A stretch of DNA of 64,000 bases from Syntrophales bacterium (GCA_963665615.2 CAXXQE010000006.1:434001-498000), one strand, 5' to 3'; counted from the stretch's first letter, positions 40,445-49,841 are shown. A program made the numbers and translations. Notes: generated from the letters alone by a model not told the origin.

Positions 40445-41332
40445 GTGAGCGACTATGTGTGGGTTGACACAGACCTGAAACTACAGGCGGCCGAGAGGGA
40501 TATCGGAAGGTCCAGCCGGATCGGCATCGATACTGAATACGACTCGTTCCGCTATTTCCGCGACAAGCTGTGTCTGATCCAGATCCGGACGGACACAACG
40601 ACGTACCTGTTCGATCCTCTGAACGCACTCGATCTGTCCTTTCTGAGAACCTGTTTTTCCAACCCGGCCGTCCCGAAGATCCTGCACGCCGGCGACAACG
40701 ACATCCGTCTGCTCAACCGGGACTACGCGTTTGTGTTTCATGCCATTTTCGACACCCAGAAGGCGGCTTCGTTATTGGGGCACAAGCATCTGTCGCTTAC
40801 CACTGTCCTTCAGGAAGTTATCGGCGTCGAGTTGACTAAGACCAAGCGAATCCAGCGCTCCCAGTGGGATATTCGGCCTCTGACGGAAGAGCAGGAGCAG
40901 TATGCCGTTCAGGACATTGCCTATCTCTTCCCGCTGTATGATCAGTTGAAGCGGGATCTCGAAGACAGGGGCATGCTGCACAAGGCCGAAGAAGCTTTTC
41001 GGGAAATCGCGACGGTGCGCTGGAGTGAGCGGATTTACGATCCGTACGGCTATTGCCGGATCAACGGCTACCGAGACTTGAAGAGACGCCAGAAGGAGCG
41101 TATCCGGCATCTTTACGAATGGCGATTCAAGAAGGCCAAGGCCATGAACATCGCCGTCTTCATGGTCCTGTCCGATCAAAACCTGATAGACTTAGCTTAC
41201 GCCAAGGTTAACTCCCTGGCCGATCTACAGAAAAGCGGCCACATCTCTGAAGGTCGCATCCGCAAATACGGCACCGAAATCATCGCCCTGCTCAAAGCCT
41301 CTCCCGACCACGACACCAACGCGCACGGATAG
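40445..41332 (+). CDS. rnd: Ribonuclease D (DEDDy exonuclease + HRDC); start may be 40367
   Basis: IDTE, LCLIQI, LHAGDND, FDTQ, WDIRPL, YAVQD, HRDC domain. Confidence 0.88.
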   Translation: MSDYVWVDTDLKLQAAERDIGRSSRIGIDTEYDSFRYFRDKLCLIQIRTDTTTYLFDPLNALDLSFLRTCFSNPAVPKILHAGDNDIRLLNRDYAFVFHAIFDTQKAASLLGHKHLSLTTVLQEVIGVELTKTKRIQRSQWDIRPLTEEQEQYAVQDIAYLFPLYDQLKRDLEDRGMLHKAEEAFREIATVRWSERIYDPYGYCRINGYRDLKRRQKERIRHLYEWRFKKAKAMNIAVFMVLSDQNLIDLAYAKVNSLADLQKSGHISEGRIRKYGTEIIALLKASPDHDTNAHG

Positions 41333-41399
41333 AGCAGGCCTGACGCGTCAAGCAAATTGCGTCCGAGCAGTGTTTCTAAGCATCCAAACTTCTTTTCTT

Positions 41400-41434
41400 G
41401 ACTCTCGTCACTTGTCGCCTGTGACTCGCCACTT
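41400..41434 (-). repeat. 7-mer array
   Basis: ctcgtcacttgtcgcctgtgactcgccact. Confidence 0.6.
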
Positions 41435-41441
41435 TCTTTTA

Positions 41442-42080
41442 TCAAACAATAAACGCATAGCCCACCCATGGAAAATCGTGACTCAGACTCAGATCGACGG
41501 CAAGCCGCTGTCCGCGACAGTATGCGACCGGCGGATTAACCGCATCGGCGCCTTCCCGCCGGATCTCCACATCTTCCGGCGCCAGATGGAGGATGGCGGC
41601 AATCGCCTCGCGGGCGGCTTGACGCGCCGCCCACGACTCATAGGCCTGATTGTCCTTGCGGCTGCCCCGATCTTCCAGGCGGGAGATGCCGGCATGAATC
41701 CGATCAAGCACCGACGCCTCATCGGCGCAGAGACAATGGATAAAATCGCATCCCAGTGCGAATCGAACGAAGACAGGCAAGACCGGCGTATCCACCCGGC
41801 CCGACAGAAGGGACTGCTTCAAAAAGGAATGATCGAAGAGGGGACAAAAGACATATCGCCGGGGCGCGGAACTGACGGGTCCAGCCAGCTTGCTTGCGAC
41901 TTTATAGGCCGCCTCTTTAGCCGACCACAGCGACCACAGGAGACGCTCCGGATTCCCGGCGCCGGCGATCAGCGCCTGCTCGGAATCGGTGAAGACGCGG
42001 TTGAGAAAGCGGCGATCCATGCTCTTCCGGCGATTGGCCGGGTCGCCGAGGTTGACGATATCATTGCCGACGGCCGGCAA
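41442..42080 (-). CDS. 4'-phosphopantetheinyl transferase
   Basis: VGNDIV, WSAKEAAYK, LSLSHD; TTG start with GGAGGAGG RBS. Confidence 0.88.
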   Translation of the reverse strand: MPAVGNDIVNLGDPANRRKSMDRRFLNRVFTDSEQALIAGAGNPERLLWSLWSAKEAAYKVASKLAGPVSSAPRRYVFCPLFDHSFLKQSLLSGRVDTPVLPVFVRFALGCDFIHCLCADEASVLDRIHAGISRLEDRGSRKDNQAYESWAARQAAREAIAAILHLAPEDVEIRREGADAVNPPVAYCRGQRLAVDLSLSHDFPWVGYAFIV

Positions 42081-42807
42081 AGTAATCCTCCTCCATGCGG
42101 GCCAGTCTTTGAATGATCTGTTCCGCATAGAACCGCTGGGCGCGGACGCCTTCATCCGTCGTTCTTTCAGGGGTGAAGGTTTCGATCATCAACGTAAAGC
42201 AGTCGCCCTTGGTGGGATAGAAACTGTAATTGTCCTGGCGATCCCCCCGGAGATAGAGACACATGATCCGGCAGTCGGGCATGTCGCGCACAAAACGCCC
42301 CACGCCATAGGAAAAACCCTCCGTGTCCACGCGGCCGGTACGGGATCGCCCGCCTTCCGGAAACACCATGATGCTGTGTCCCCGGCTCAACTGAAAGAGA
42401 CAACGGTCAAGGGTCGCCTTCACCTCGTTTCGGTCGCCGCCACGGCTCACCGGGATGCACTTGGCGAGGTAACACATCACCGCGACGAGTTTGTTCTTCG
42501 AATAGAAATTGGCCCGTTCCGGCAGATTCCAGGGGAGATGCTTATAGCGGATGAAATGGCCAAAAAAAGACTCCAACCCGTAAGTCAGCAGAAGGGAGTC
42601 GATCATCGTCAGGTGATTGGCGCAAACGAGCCACGGTCCGGAATGCTCGGAATGCGCCTTCCGGTAAGCGGCCCTCGCCTGCTTCAGATCGCGGATTCTG
42701 TACCCCGACAGGCGAAGCCAGAGAAAATAGGTCGGGGCGACAACTGGAAGCAGGAGCCACCCCAACGCTATTTGTAGAAATAAGAAAAATCGATCCTTGA
42801 TCGTCAA
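42061..42807 (-). CDS. Lysophospholipid acyltransferase (PlsC-like)
   Basis: ANHLTMID (HX4D), FPEGGRS. Confidence 0.88.
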   Translation of the reverse strand: MTIKDRFFLFLQIALGWLLLPVVAPTYFLWLRLSGYRIRDLKQARAAYRKAHSEHSGPWLVCANHLTMIDSLLLTYGLESFFGHFIRYKHLPWNLPERANFYSKNKLVAVMCYLAKCIPVSRGGDRNEVKATLDRCLFQLSRGHSIMVFPEGGRSRTGRVDTEGFSYGVGRFVRDMPDCRIMCLYLRGDRQDNYSFYPTKGDCFTLMIETFTPERTTDEGVRAQRFYAEQIIQRLARMEEDYFAGRRQ

Positions 42808-42812
42808 AGCGC

Positions 42813-43061
42813 TTACGCCAGTTTCTTCTGGATGATGGCTACGGCATCGCCGATCGTGCCAATCTTGTCCGCTTCGTCGTCGTCGATCGTCACGCCGAAG
42901 ACGTCTTCGCACTTGATGATGACGTCCACCAGACGGGCCGAGTTGACCTTCAGGTCGTTCAGGATATGCGTATCCTTGGTCGCCTTGTCAAGCAGGGCGG
43001 GATCCTTCGTGTAGGGTTTCAGAATGTTAAGCATGTCCTGAAAGATTTTTGCTTCGTCCAT
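42813..43061 (-). CDS. Acyl carrier protein with NSA attachment motif
   Basis: 82 aa acidic; DLKVNSARLVDVIIKCEDVFGVTIDDDEADKIGTIGDAV. Confidence 0.9.
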   Translation of the reverse strand: MDEAKIFQDMLNILKPYTKDPALLDKATKDTHILNDLKVNSARLVDVIIKCEDVFGVTIDDDEADKIGTIGDAVAIIQKKLA

Positions 43062-43081
43062 TTGTTTTTCTCCTTCCTCAA

Positions 43082-43172
43082 TTTTAGCTTTTAGTTATTA
43101 GTTTCAAATGTTCTTCTTTTTCTTTGATTCAGTGGCTTTTAGCTAACAGCTAAATACGAATAGCTAAAAGCT
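43082..43172. repeat. Inverted TTTTAGC / GCTAAAA 7-mer arrays
   Basis: ttttagcttttagttattag...agctaacagctaaa...tagctaaaagct. Confidence 0.65.
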
Positions 43173-43178
43173 GTTTTT

Positions 43179-44453
43179 TTACTCCCACTTTTTGAAAATC
43201 AGACAGCCGTTGACATCACCGAACCCGAAGCTCGCCTTGGCCAACACTTTCATGTCCGGGAAATCGATGCAGGTCTGCGGAATCCGGTGCGCAAAGGCTT
43301 CAATTTCCGGATGCGGATCTTCGCTATTGAGCGACGGATGCAGGAAGCCTTTGGATACCTGAAGCACGCAGGCGACGGCCTCAATGGCGCCTGCCCCGCC
43401 CAGACAGTGTCCGACCATCGATTTTGTCGAACTGATGTACGGGAAGTTCTCCGGGCCGCGCTCCAGCGCCAGCGACCAGTTCTTCACCTCCAGCGGATCG
43501 GCAAAGGTCGCCGTCAGATGACCGTTAATGGCATCGATTTCCATCGGGGAAATCCCGGCATCCTGAATCGTCGACTGAATGCAGCGCTTCACGCCCTCAG
43601 GGCTCGGCGCCGTCATGGAACCGCCGTTGCGGTGTCCGCCGCAGTTGACCATTCCCCCGAGAATCTCCGCATAGATCCGCGCACCGCGGGCCAGGGCGGT
43701 TTCCAGTTCTTCCAGAACCAGCACGCCGCCGCCCGCGCCGGGCACAAAGCCGTTGGCGCTGGCGCTCATCGGCCGCGAGGCCTTCTCCGGGGTATCGTTG
43801 TATTTCCGGGCAATGACCTTCATGGCGTCGAAGCCGCCCCAGATAAAGGGACCGGGGCCTTCCACCCCGCCGACCAGCATCCGCTTGGCCAGTCCGGACC
43901 GGACCCGCCAAAGCCCTTCGACCACGGCCTCCGTTCCTGTGCTGCACGCCGACGAATTGGAGGTCACCTGGTTGCCCAAGGCCAACAACCCCGCGATGCG
44001 CGCACTCGTACCGCTCGCCATCACCATCTCAACAATCCGGCTGCCCATCCGCTTGACGTTACCGGCGCTCACCATCGGAACGACCTTGTCGGCGATGGTG
44101 TCCATCCCGCCGATGCCGCAACCCAAAATAATCCCGGTATCCCAATCTACTGCATCGCCCTGCGGCTGCGGCAGCCCCGCATCGTTCCAGGCATCTATCG
44201 CGGAAACCCCCGCATAGCCGATGGTATGGTTGACCGACATAACGGTTTCCGGGTCGAAATAGCGATCCCGCACCACCTCGAAATTCTGCGGCACCCCGGC
44301 GACCTGACACGCAAAGTTCAACTCCTTCAATTCAGGAATGAAACGGATGCCGGAACGGCCCTCGCGAAGAGCCGCCTCGAAGTCCGTCAGACCGATCGCG
44401 TTGGGCGCGACGATCCCCATCCCGGTTATTACTACTCTCTTCTTCACTCGCAT
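43179..44453 (-). CDS. fabF: Beta-ketoacyl-ACP synthase (FabF/FabB type)
   Basis: SSACSTG, INGHLTAT, KSMVGHCLG (Cys-His-His), SFGFG. Confidence 0.9.
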   Translation of the reverse strand: MRVKKRVVITGMGIVAPNAIGLTDFEAALREGRSGIRFIPELKELNFACQVAGVPQNFEVVRDRYFDPETVMSVNHTIGYAGVSAIDAWNDAGLPQPQGDAVDWDTGIILGCGIGGMDTIADKVVPMVSAGNVKRMGSRIVEMVMASGTSARIAGLLALGNQVTSNSSACSTGTEAVVEGLWRVRSGLAKRMLVGGVEGPGPFIWGGFDAMKVIARKYNDTPEKASRPMSASANGFVPGAGGGVLVLEELETALARGARIYAEILGGMVNCGGHRNGGSMTAPSPEGVKRCIQSTIQDAGISPMEIDAINGHLTATFADPLEVKNWSLALERGPENFPYISSTKSMVGHCLGGAGAIEAVACVLQVSKGFLHPSLNSEDPHPEIEAFAHRIPQTCIDFPDMKVLAKASFGFGDVNGCLIFKKWE

Positions 44454-44490
44454 TAACCTCCTGATGTCACGGAAGACACCGCAACCGTTT

Positions 44491-44961
44491 CTATTCGTGT
44501 CGTTCTGCGCCGGTCAATATCGCGCTGCAAATCGGACTGCCGTCCTCGCCTTCCGCCGATACCCTGGCCTTGAAAATGCCTCGGCGGTAGTGAATTTTCT
44601 CGCCATGAACGATGACCCGTTCACCCGGCAGCACCGGCCGTAAGAATTCGACCTGATCGGCGTAACTGAACAGCGTCAGAACTTTGCCGACATCGTCGAC
44701 GCCGATATGCTTCTGAAGCATGATATTGTATATGCCCAACGCTACGATCCCGGACTGCGCCATCATCTCAATCAGAATGACGCCCGGCGTGATCGGATTG
44801 CCCGGAAAATGTCCGGCATAGAAAAACTCGTCATCCTTGAACCGGTATGCGCCCGTGACCCGATTCTCGTCCATTTCGATAATCTCATCGATAAACCGGA
44901 ACGGAGGCTGCTGGGGAACCTTCTTCAGAATCGCTTCGCGAAGTGCCGCATCAACCGCCAT
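44491..44961 (-). CDS. fabZ: 3-hydroxyacyl-ACP dehydratase, FabZ type
   Basis: PFRFIDEI, GHFPGNPITPGVILIEMMAQ (His/Glu). Confidence 0.85.
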   Translation of the reverse strand: MAVDAALREAILKKVPQQPPFRFIDEIIEMDENRVTGAYRFKDDEFFYAGHFPGNPITPGVILIEMMAQSGIVALGIYNIMLQKHIGVDDVGKVLTLFSYADQVEFLRPVLPGERVIVHGEKIHYRRGIFKARVSAEGEDGSPICSAILTGAERHE

Positions 44962-45697
44962 AGAGCCCTCCATTAACGTGAATGACCGTGCCCGTAATAT
45001 AGTTTGCTCTCGTCGCCAGGAAATCCACCACATCGGCGATATCCTCCGGCGTGCCCATTCGGCCGAGCGTCACGGCGGAAAGCATCCGGTCGCGCACTTC
45101 CTGCGGCAGTTCGCCCGTCATCGGAGACTCAATGAAGCCGGGGGCCACGGAGTTGACTGTGATGTTGCGTCCTGCCAGTTCCTTGGACAGCGACTTGGAA
45201 AAGGCGTCGAGCGCAGCCTTTTCCATCGTATAAGGAATCTGCCCCGGGTTGCCCATGTGTCCGACGACGCTGGAGATATTGATGATCCGGCCGAAATTCT
45301 TGCGGAGCATGAACAGGCGTACGACCCGTTTGGTCAGATACCAGGTGCCACGCAGCATGGCCCGCTGCGCGTCGAACTGCTCGATCTTCATGCTGTTGAT
45401 GTCCGCATTGATCGAAATGCCGGCGCAGTTGACCAGAACATCGACCGACCCTTCTGTCTCCTTGATGTCGTTGACCATCTTCTCGACCTGATCGATATCG
45501 GTCAGATCCGCATCGATCAGAAAGCCGTTGCCGCCTATCTCTTCGAGAAGCGCCCTGGACTCCTCCATGGTCTTCCACCACGTCTGAATCCCGATCCGAA
45601 AACCCGACTTCGCCAATGCGCGACAGCAGGCCGCTCCAATTCCCGTCCCGGCGCCGGTGACCAACGCCACCCCTCTGCTCTGTGTATTCGTCTCCAT
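44951..45697 (-). CDS. fabG: 3-oxoacyl-ACP reductase
   Basis: TGAGTGIG, NCAG, IINISS, YTMEK, VAPGFIES. Confidence 0.85.
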   Translation of the reverse strand: METNTQSRGVALVTGAGTGIGAACCRALAKSGFRIGIQTWWKTMEESRALLEEIGGNGFLIDADLTDIDQVEKMVNDIKETEGSVDVLVNCAGISINADINSMKIEQFDAQRAMLRGTWYLTKRVVRLFMLRKNFGRIINISSVVGHMGNPGQIPYTMEKAALDAFSKSLSKELAGRNITVNSVAPGFIESPMTGELPQEVRDRMLSAVTLGRMGTPEDIADVVDFLATRANYITGTVIHVNGGLYGG

Positions 45698-45699
45698 CG

Positions 45700-46290
45700 T
45701 TACCCCCTCATGATTCCACCGCGAGAATGCTGCGATCTCAACGGGTAGTCTTTGTAAGCAATGTTTTTGAAAATGCCGACCCGGGCCTCCTTGATCTCCA
45801 TGATCAATTCATCGTCCACAAACACCTGGCCGTCGCCGATAATGATGCTCGCGCCCGAATCTTTCAGCTCCGAGAAGCGGCGGATCTTCACGTCATAGCG
45901 AACGATCTTGTCGAAGGGCCGGACCTGGCCGTTGAAGACGACCTCGCCGCACCCGAGCGCCCGTCCCGTTCCCAGCGCGCCGCGCCGGACACCATAGAAG
46001 CCCATGAGCTGCCAGATGGCGTCCACGCAGAGACATCCCGGCTGAACCGGGTCTCCCGGCATGTGGCACTGAAAGAACCAGGAATCCAAACGCACATCCT
46101 GCTCTGCGACGATCAAACCCTGCCGGCCGTTGTCCTCAATTTTGGTAATCCGGTCCAACATGAGAAACGGGGGGGCCGGCAGATGCGCATCGAAAGCATC
46201 CGGAGGATCCGTTACCAACGTCCCGTACACAAAGGCCAGAATCTCCTCCTGGCTGAAACACCGACTGTCTTTGAATTCCTGATAGTTCAT
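45700..46290 (-). CDS. fabA: 3-hydroxyacyl-ACP dehydratase/isomerase, FabA type
   Basis: LPAPPFLMLDRI, WFFQCHMPGDPVQPGCLCVDAIWQLMGF (His/Asp), GRALG. Confidence 0.9.
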   Translation of the reverse strand: MNYQEFKDSRCFSQEEILAFVYGTLVTDPPDAFDAHLPAPPFLMLDRITKIEDNGRQGLIVAEQDVRLDSWFFQCHMPGDPVQPGCLCVDAIWQLMGFYGVRRGALGTGRALGCGEVVFNGQVRPFDKIVRYDVKIRRFSELKDSGASIIIGDGQVFVDDELIMEIKEARVGIFKNIAYKDYPLRSQHSRGGIMRG

Positions 46291-46297
46291 AATCTCC

Positions 46298-47290
46298 TTA
46301 CTTGTCGCCGAAATTTTTTATCAGCATATGGGTCCATGTCAACCCGGCGCCGACGATCGAGATCCCGATATCGGTTCCGGGTCTCAATGCATCCCACTGC
46401 TGACTGATAACGAAGGGCACACCGGCGCTCGCTGTATTACCATAAACATCTACATTATACCAATGATTCTCTTCCGGGATGTTGCACCGTTCGCAGATGG
46501 TTTTGAGCATGCCGAGGTTGCCTTGATGGCCGACATAAATGAAATTCTCGCGACCCACATCGGACAGGGACTGTGCGATCTGCAGGATCTCGGTGGATTT
46601 GCGGATGGCAAATCCCTGCACGGCGTGACCGTCCTGATAGAAGTGACCGAACCTGGAAGCGCAAACCTTCGACCACTGTGCCGGGTTCGAAAACGCTTCG
46701 GCATGTGTAAAGGCCATTCGCGACGGATGCTGAAAGGAAACGACCGTAGCCGTGGCCGCATCCCCGAAGAGACAGGCCATGGCGCGGTCTGAATAATCGA
46801 CCGCCCGCGTGAAACTCTCCGGATTGACGAGCAGAATATAGGGTGGCGTTGACTCCGCGCTCATCTTGTAGACGAGATTGACCTGTGTCCCGTAGCCGGT
46901 ACAGCCGGAAACGACGCCGAAGCAGTACGCATCGATCCCGAGCTCCGCTGCGACCAGAGAAGCTTCGCCCGGCGCCGACCATTCCGGGAAAGCCGAAGCG
47001 GAAATGACCATGCCTATATCGGATGCCTTGATCCCGGCCCGTTCGATCGCCATCCTGGCCGCTGCAGCACCTATCTGGGCATTTGTATATCGACTCGCTT
47101 CGAGAGACGCACGAGGATCCTTGTTCTTGGTCGTCTTGATATAGTCCAGTTCCATGACGGTCCTGCGGGTCTTAATGCCGACCCGTTCCAGAATCCACTC
47201 GGTGCTGCTGCCGATATCCAGGTCTTCCAGAAACTGATTGTCGATGACATTCTCCGGAACGAAATGTCCCATCCCGTGTATATAAAGCAT
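46298..47290 (-). CDS. fabH: Ketoacyl-ACP synthase III
   Basis: WILERVGIKTRR, SGCTG, LFGDAA, HQGN, YGNTASA (Cys-His-Asn). Confidence 0.85.
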   Translation of the reverse strand: MLYIHGMGHFVPENVIDNQFLEDLDIGSSTEWILERVGIKTRRTVMELDYIKTTKNKDPRASLEASRYTNAQIGAAAARMAIERAGIKASDIGMVISASAFPEWSAPGEASLVAAELGIDAYCFGVVSGCTGYGTQVNLVYKMSAESTPPYILLVNPESFTRAVDYSDRAMACLFGDAATATVVSFQHPSRMAFTHAEAFSNPAQWSKVCASRFGHFYQDGHAVQGFAIRKSTEILQIAQSLSDVGRENFIYVGHQGNLGMLKTICERCNIPEENHWYNVDVYGNTASAGVPFVISQQWDALRPGTDIGISIVGAGLTWTHMLIKNFGDK

Positions 47291-47334
47291 AAAAGTAGAC
47301 CTCTCTTGCTCTTTTCCTTGTATTTAAGCGAGAT

Positions 47335-47375
47335 CGAGTCCCGAACTCGAAACTCGGGACTCGAAACTCGAAACT
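47335..47375. repeat. CGAAACT 7-mer array
   Basis: cgaactcgaaactcgggactcgaaactcgaaact. Confidence 0.7.
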
Positions 47376-47377
47376 GT

Positions 47378-48553
47378 TTACACCAGTTCGCGCCCCATAA
47401 TCATAGTCTGCACTTCGCGCGTTCCTTCGTAGATGTCGATGATGTGCGCGTCGCGGACGAGCTTGGAGATTTCATATTCGTTGGTGAAGCCGTAGCCGCC
47501 GTGCAGATGCAGACCCTCGTTGGAGCAGAACAGCGCCGCTTCCGCCGCCGCGTTCTTGGCCAGCGAGGCATAAAGCCCACGGTCCTCGGCGCCGTCCTGG
47601 CACTTGATCGCCGCCTTCATCAGGGCCAGCTCGGCCAGTTCCACCTTCGCCCACATCTTCACCAGCATCTCGCGGGCCACCGGCATATCGCAGATGCGCT
47701 GACCGAACTGTTTGCGGTCCTTGGTGTACTGAAGCGTCACGTCATAGGCGCGTTTGGCAAGCCCCAGACCGATCGCTGCGACCATCGGGCGCGCGTAATC
47801 GAGCACGTCCACCAGATACTTGAAGCCCAGGCGGCGGTCGCCGATGATCTGCTCTTCCTTGATGAATACATCTTCAAAGGTCACCGTGGCGGTGTTCGAC
47901 AAGCGCTGTCCCAGTTTGTCCTCGGGATTGCCGAGCAGGACCTTGCCGCCGTTGACCGCTTCCAACTCCGTATTGCCTTCTTCGCTCACCCCCTTGACGG
48001 GAACGACGACGCAGGCGATGAACTGGGACGTGGGCTTGCCGACCTTGCAGAAAACCGTGTACTGCGAGGCATAGGAGGCGTTGGTGATGAAGCACTTGTT
48101 GCCGTTCAGGATATAGCCGCCGTCGACTTTCTGCATATAGGTCGTCATCGACATGTTATCCGATCCGGCGCCGGGCTCGGTCAGACAGAAAGAAGCGAGA
48201 ATCGGCTTCTCCGCAAAGGGGCCGAGGTAGGCCTGCTGCTGTTCCGGACTGCCGTGCTGGGCGATGACGACGTTGGCCAGGTCGTTGCACATGGCCGAGG
48301 TGGAAATCCCCGTGTCGCCATAAGACAACTCGCGAATGATGAGGGCGCCGGAGACCGGGTCGGTTGCATAGCCCTTGACCGACTCCGGAACGCTCAGGTT
48401 CAGGATGCCCAACTCCCACGCCTTCTTGATGATGTCCCACGGAAACGCATGGGCCTTGTCGAGATGCAGAATATAGGGCGTGATCCATCCTTTGACAAAA
48501 CGCCGAACTGTCTCCACATACATTTTTTGATTGTCGTCTAAGTTAAAATCCAT
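47378..48553 (-). CDS. Acyl-CoA (or acyl-ACP) dehydrogenase
   Basis: FCLTEPGAGSD, LNGNKCFITN, RKQFG, LHGGYG, IYEGT. Confidence 0.92.
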   Translation of the reverse strand: MDFNLDDNQKMYVETVRRFVKGWITPYILHLDKAHAFPWDIIKKAWELGILNLSVPESVKGYATDPVSGALIIRELSYGDTGISTSAMCNDLANVVIAQHGSPEQQQAYLGPFAEKPILASFCLTEPGAGSDNMSMTTYMQKVDGGYILNGNKCFITNASYASQYTVFCKVGKPTSQFIACVVVPVKGVSEEGNTELEAVNGGKVLLGNPEDKLGQRLSNTATVTFEDVFIKEEQIIGDRRLGFKYLVDVLDYARPMVAAIGLGLAKRAYDVTLQYTKDRKQFGQRICDMPVAREMLVKMWAKVELAELALMKAAIKCQDGAEDRGLYASLAKNAAAEAALFCSNEGLHLHGGYGFTNEYEISKLVRDAHIIDIYEGTREVQTMIMGRELV

Positions 48554-48640
48554 TTCTCTCCCGTCCTGTTTTTGTTGTAGCCGCACCGGCTGTAAAGCGC
48601 TGCGGTTTGATCCGGCAATCTCCCGGATGGATATACTGTT

Positions 48641-49585
48641 TTACTTGGCTTCAAAGGCGCTACGCGCCGAGGTGAAAGTGGTGATGGAGGTGCAGGTCAC
48701 CCCGAGCGACTTGAAGAATTCCCTCAGGGGCCGACCCGGACCTACCTCATAGACGGCCGTTGACCGGCCGGAAAGCTGTTCCATATTTTTGCGCCACTGT
48801 ACGGCATTGCTCAACTGGGCTACGAGGTTGTCGTGGAGGACGGCGCGATCGCTGGCGTGGAATCCGCCGGTAAAGTTCGACGTCACACGCGGTGCGGTCT
48901 TCGCGTTCATCGTACCATTCAGGGACTCCAGTATTGCCCGGAAAGGCTGCTCAATCACCGCCATGAAGCGACTATGGAAGGGGGCGCTCACATTCAGCTT
49001 AACGTAGCGAAAGCCGCTGTAGCCTGCAAAGGTTGCGTTAAGCTTCTCTTGGACCGCATCGAGATCCGTAAGGGCGCCGCCGATGACGACCTGATTGGCC
49101 GAGTTGATGTTGCACAGATCGAGCTCGAAGCCGGATAAGGCGCCCTTCAAGGCATCGCTATCGAGGTTTTCGGCAATGACCGCGGCCATGCCGCCTACGC
49201 CGACCGGCACCGCCTTCTGCATGAGACGGCCTCTGGCGTTGACGATCCGGACCGCATCGGCCAGCGGCAGGCATCCCGCAGCCACTAGCGCTGTGAACTC
49301 CCCGAGGCTGTGACCGCCGAAAAACGCCGGCGAAAAACCGAAGCGCTCCTTCAAGGCGCGCATCATGGCGATCTCTGTCGTCAGGATACAGGGCTGGGTA
49401 AACTCCGTCAGGTTGAGACGTTCGTCCTCGCCGAAGCACAACGCCGCCACATCCCAGCCGAGCGCGTCGGACGCCTCCACGTAGACATCGCGGCTCTCCC
49501 GCACCTGGTCATAGAAATCCTTGCCCATACCGGGCCGCTGCGACCCTTGACCGGGGAATACGACCGCTATATCATTCAAACCCAT
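48641..49585 (-). CDS. fabD: Malonyl-CoA:ACP transacylase
   Basis: FPGQGSQ, GHSLGE, RGRLMQ, SAPFHS, EVGPG. Confidence 0.93.
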   Translation of the reverse strand: MGLNDIAVVFPGQGSQRPGMGKDFYDQVRESRDVYVEASDALGWDVAALCFGEDERLNLTEFTQPCILTTEIAMMRALKERFGFSPAFFGGHSLGEFTALVAAGCLPLADAVRIVNARGRLMQKAVPVGVGGMAAVIAENLDSDALKGALSGFELDLCNINSANQVVIGGALTDLDAVQEKLNATFAGYSGFRYVKLNVSAPFHSRFMAVIEQPFRAILESLNGTMNAKTAPRVTSNFTGGFHASDRAVLHDNLVAQLSNAVQWRKNMEQLSGRSTAVYEVGPGRPLREFFKSLGVTCTSITTFTSARSAFEAK

Positions 49586-49674
49586 GCTGTATAGCCTTTC
49601 CTTTGTCGGTTGTGAATCTCTGGGGGAAATACATCTGGAAACTTCAGCTGCTCTTTGACAAATGCCAAACTACT

Positions 49675-49690
49675 AGCAGGAACCGTGCCG
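49675..49690 (-). promoter_or_regulatory. Sigma54 (-24/-12) promoter of fab-like operon
   Basis: CGGCACGGTTCCTGCT (GG-N10-GC) about 90 nt upstream of fabD ATG. Confidence 0.65.
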
Positions 49691-49818
49691 TTTCGCACCC
49701 GGCAAAGCACTATGTTGCAACATCACGGTTTTATGAAATAAAATGAAATAACGGCCCAGTAACGGAGATCATCGAGATGCGAAAAAAGGAACAAAAGTGT
49801 ATAAAGCCCTTTCCGGAC

Positions 49819-49834
49819 GCGTAAGGTGTTACGC
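49819..49834. promoter_or_regulatory. Palindrome, candidate activator (bEBP) site
   Basis: GCGTAA-GGTG-TTACGC about 130 nt upstream of -24 box. Confidence 0.4.
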
Positions 49835-49841
49835 ACTTTGA

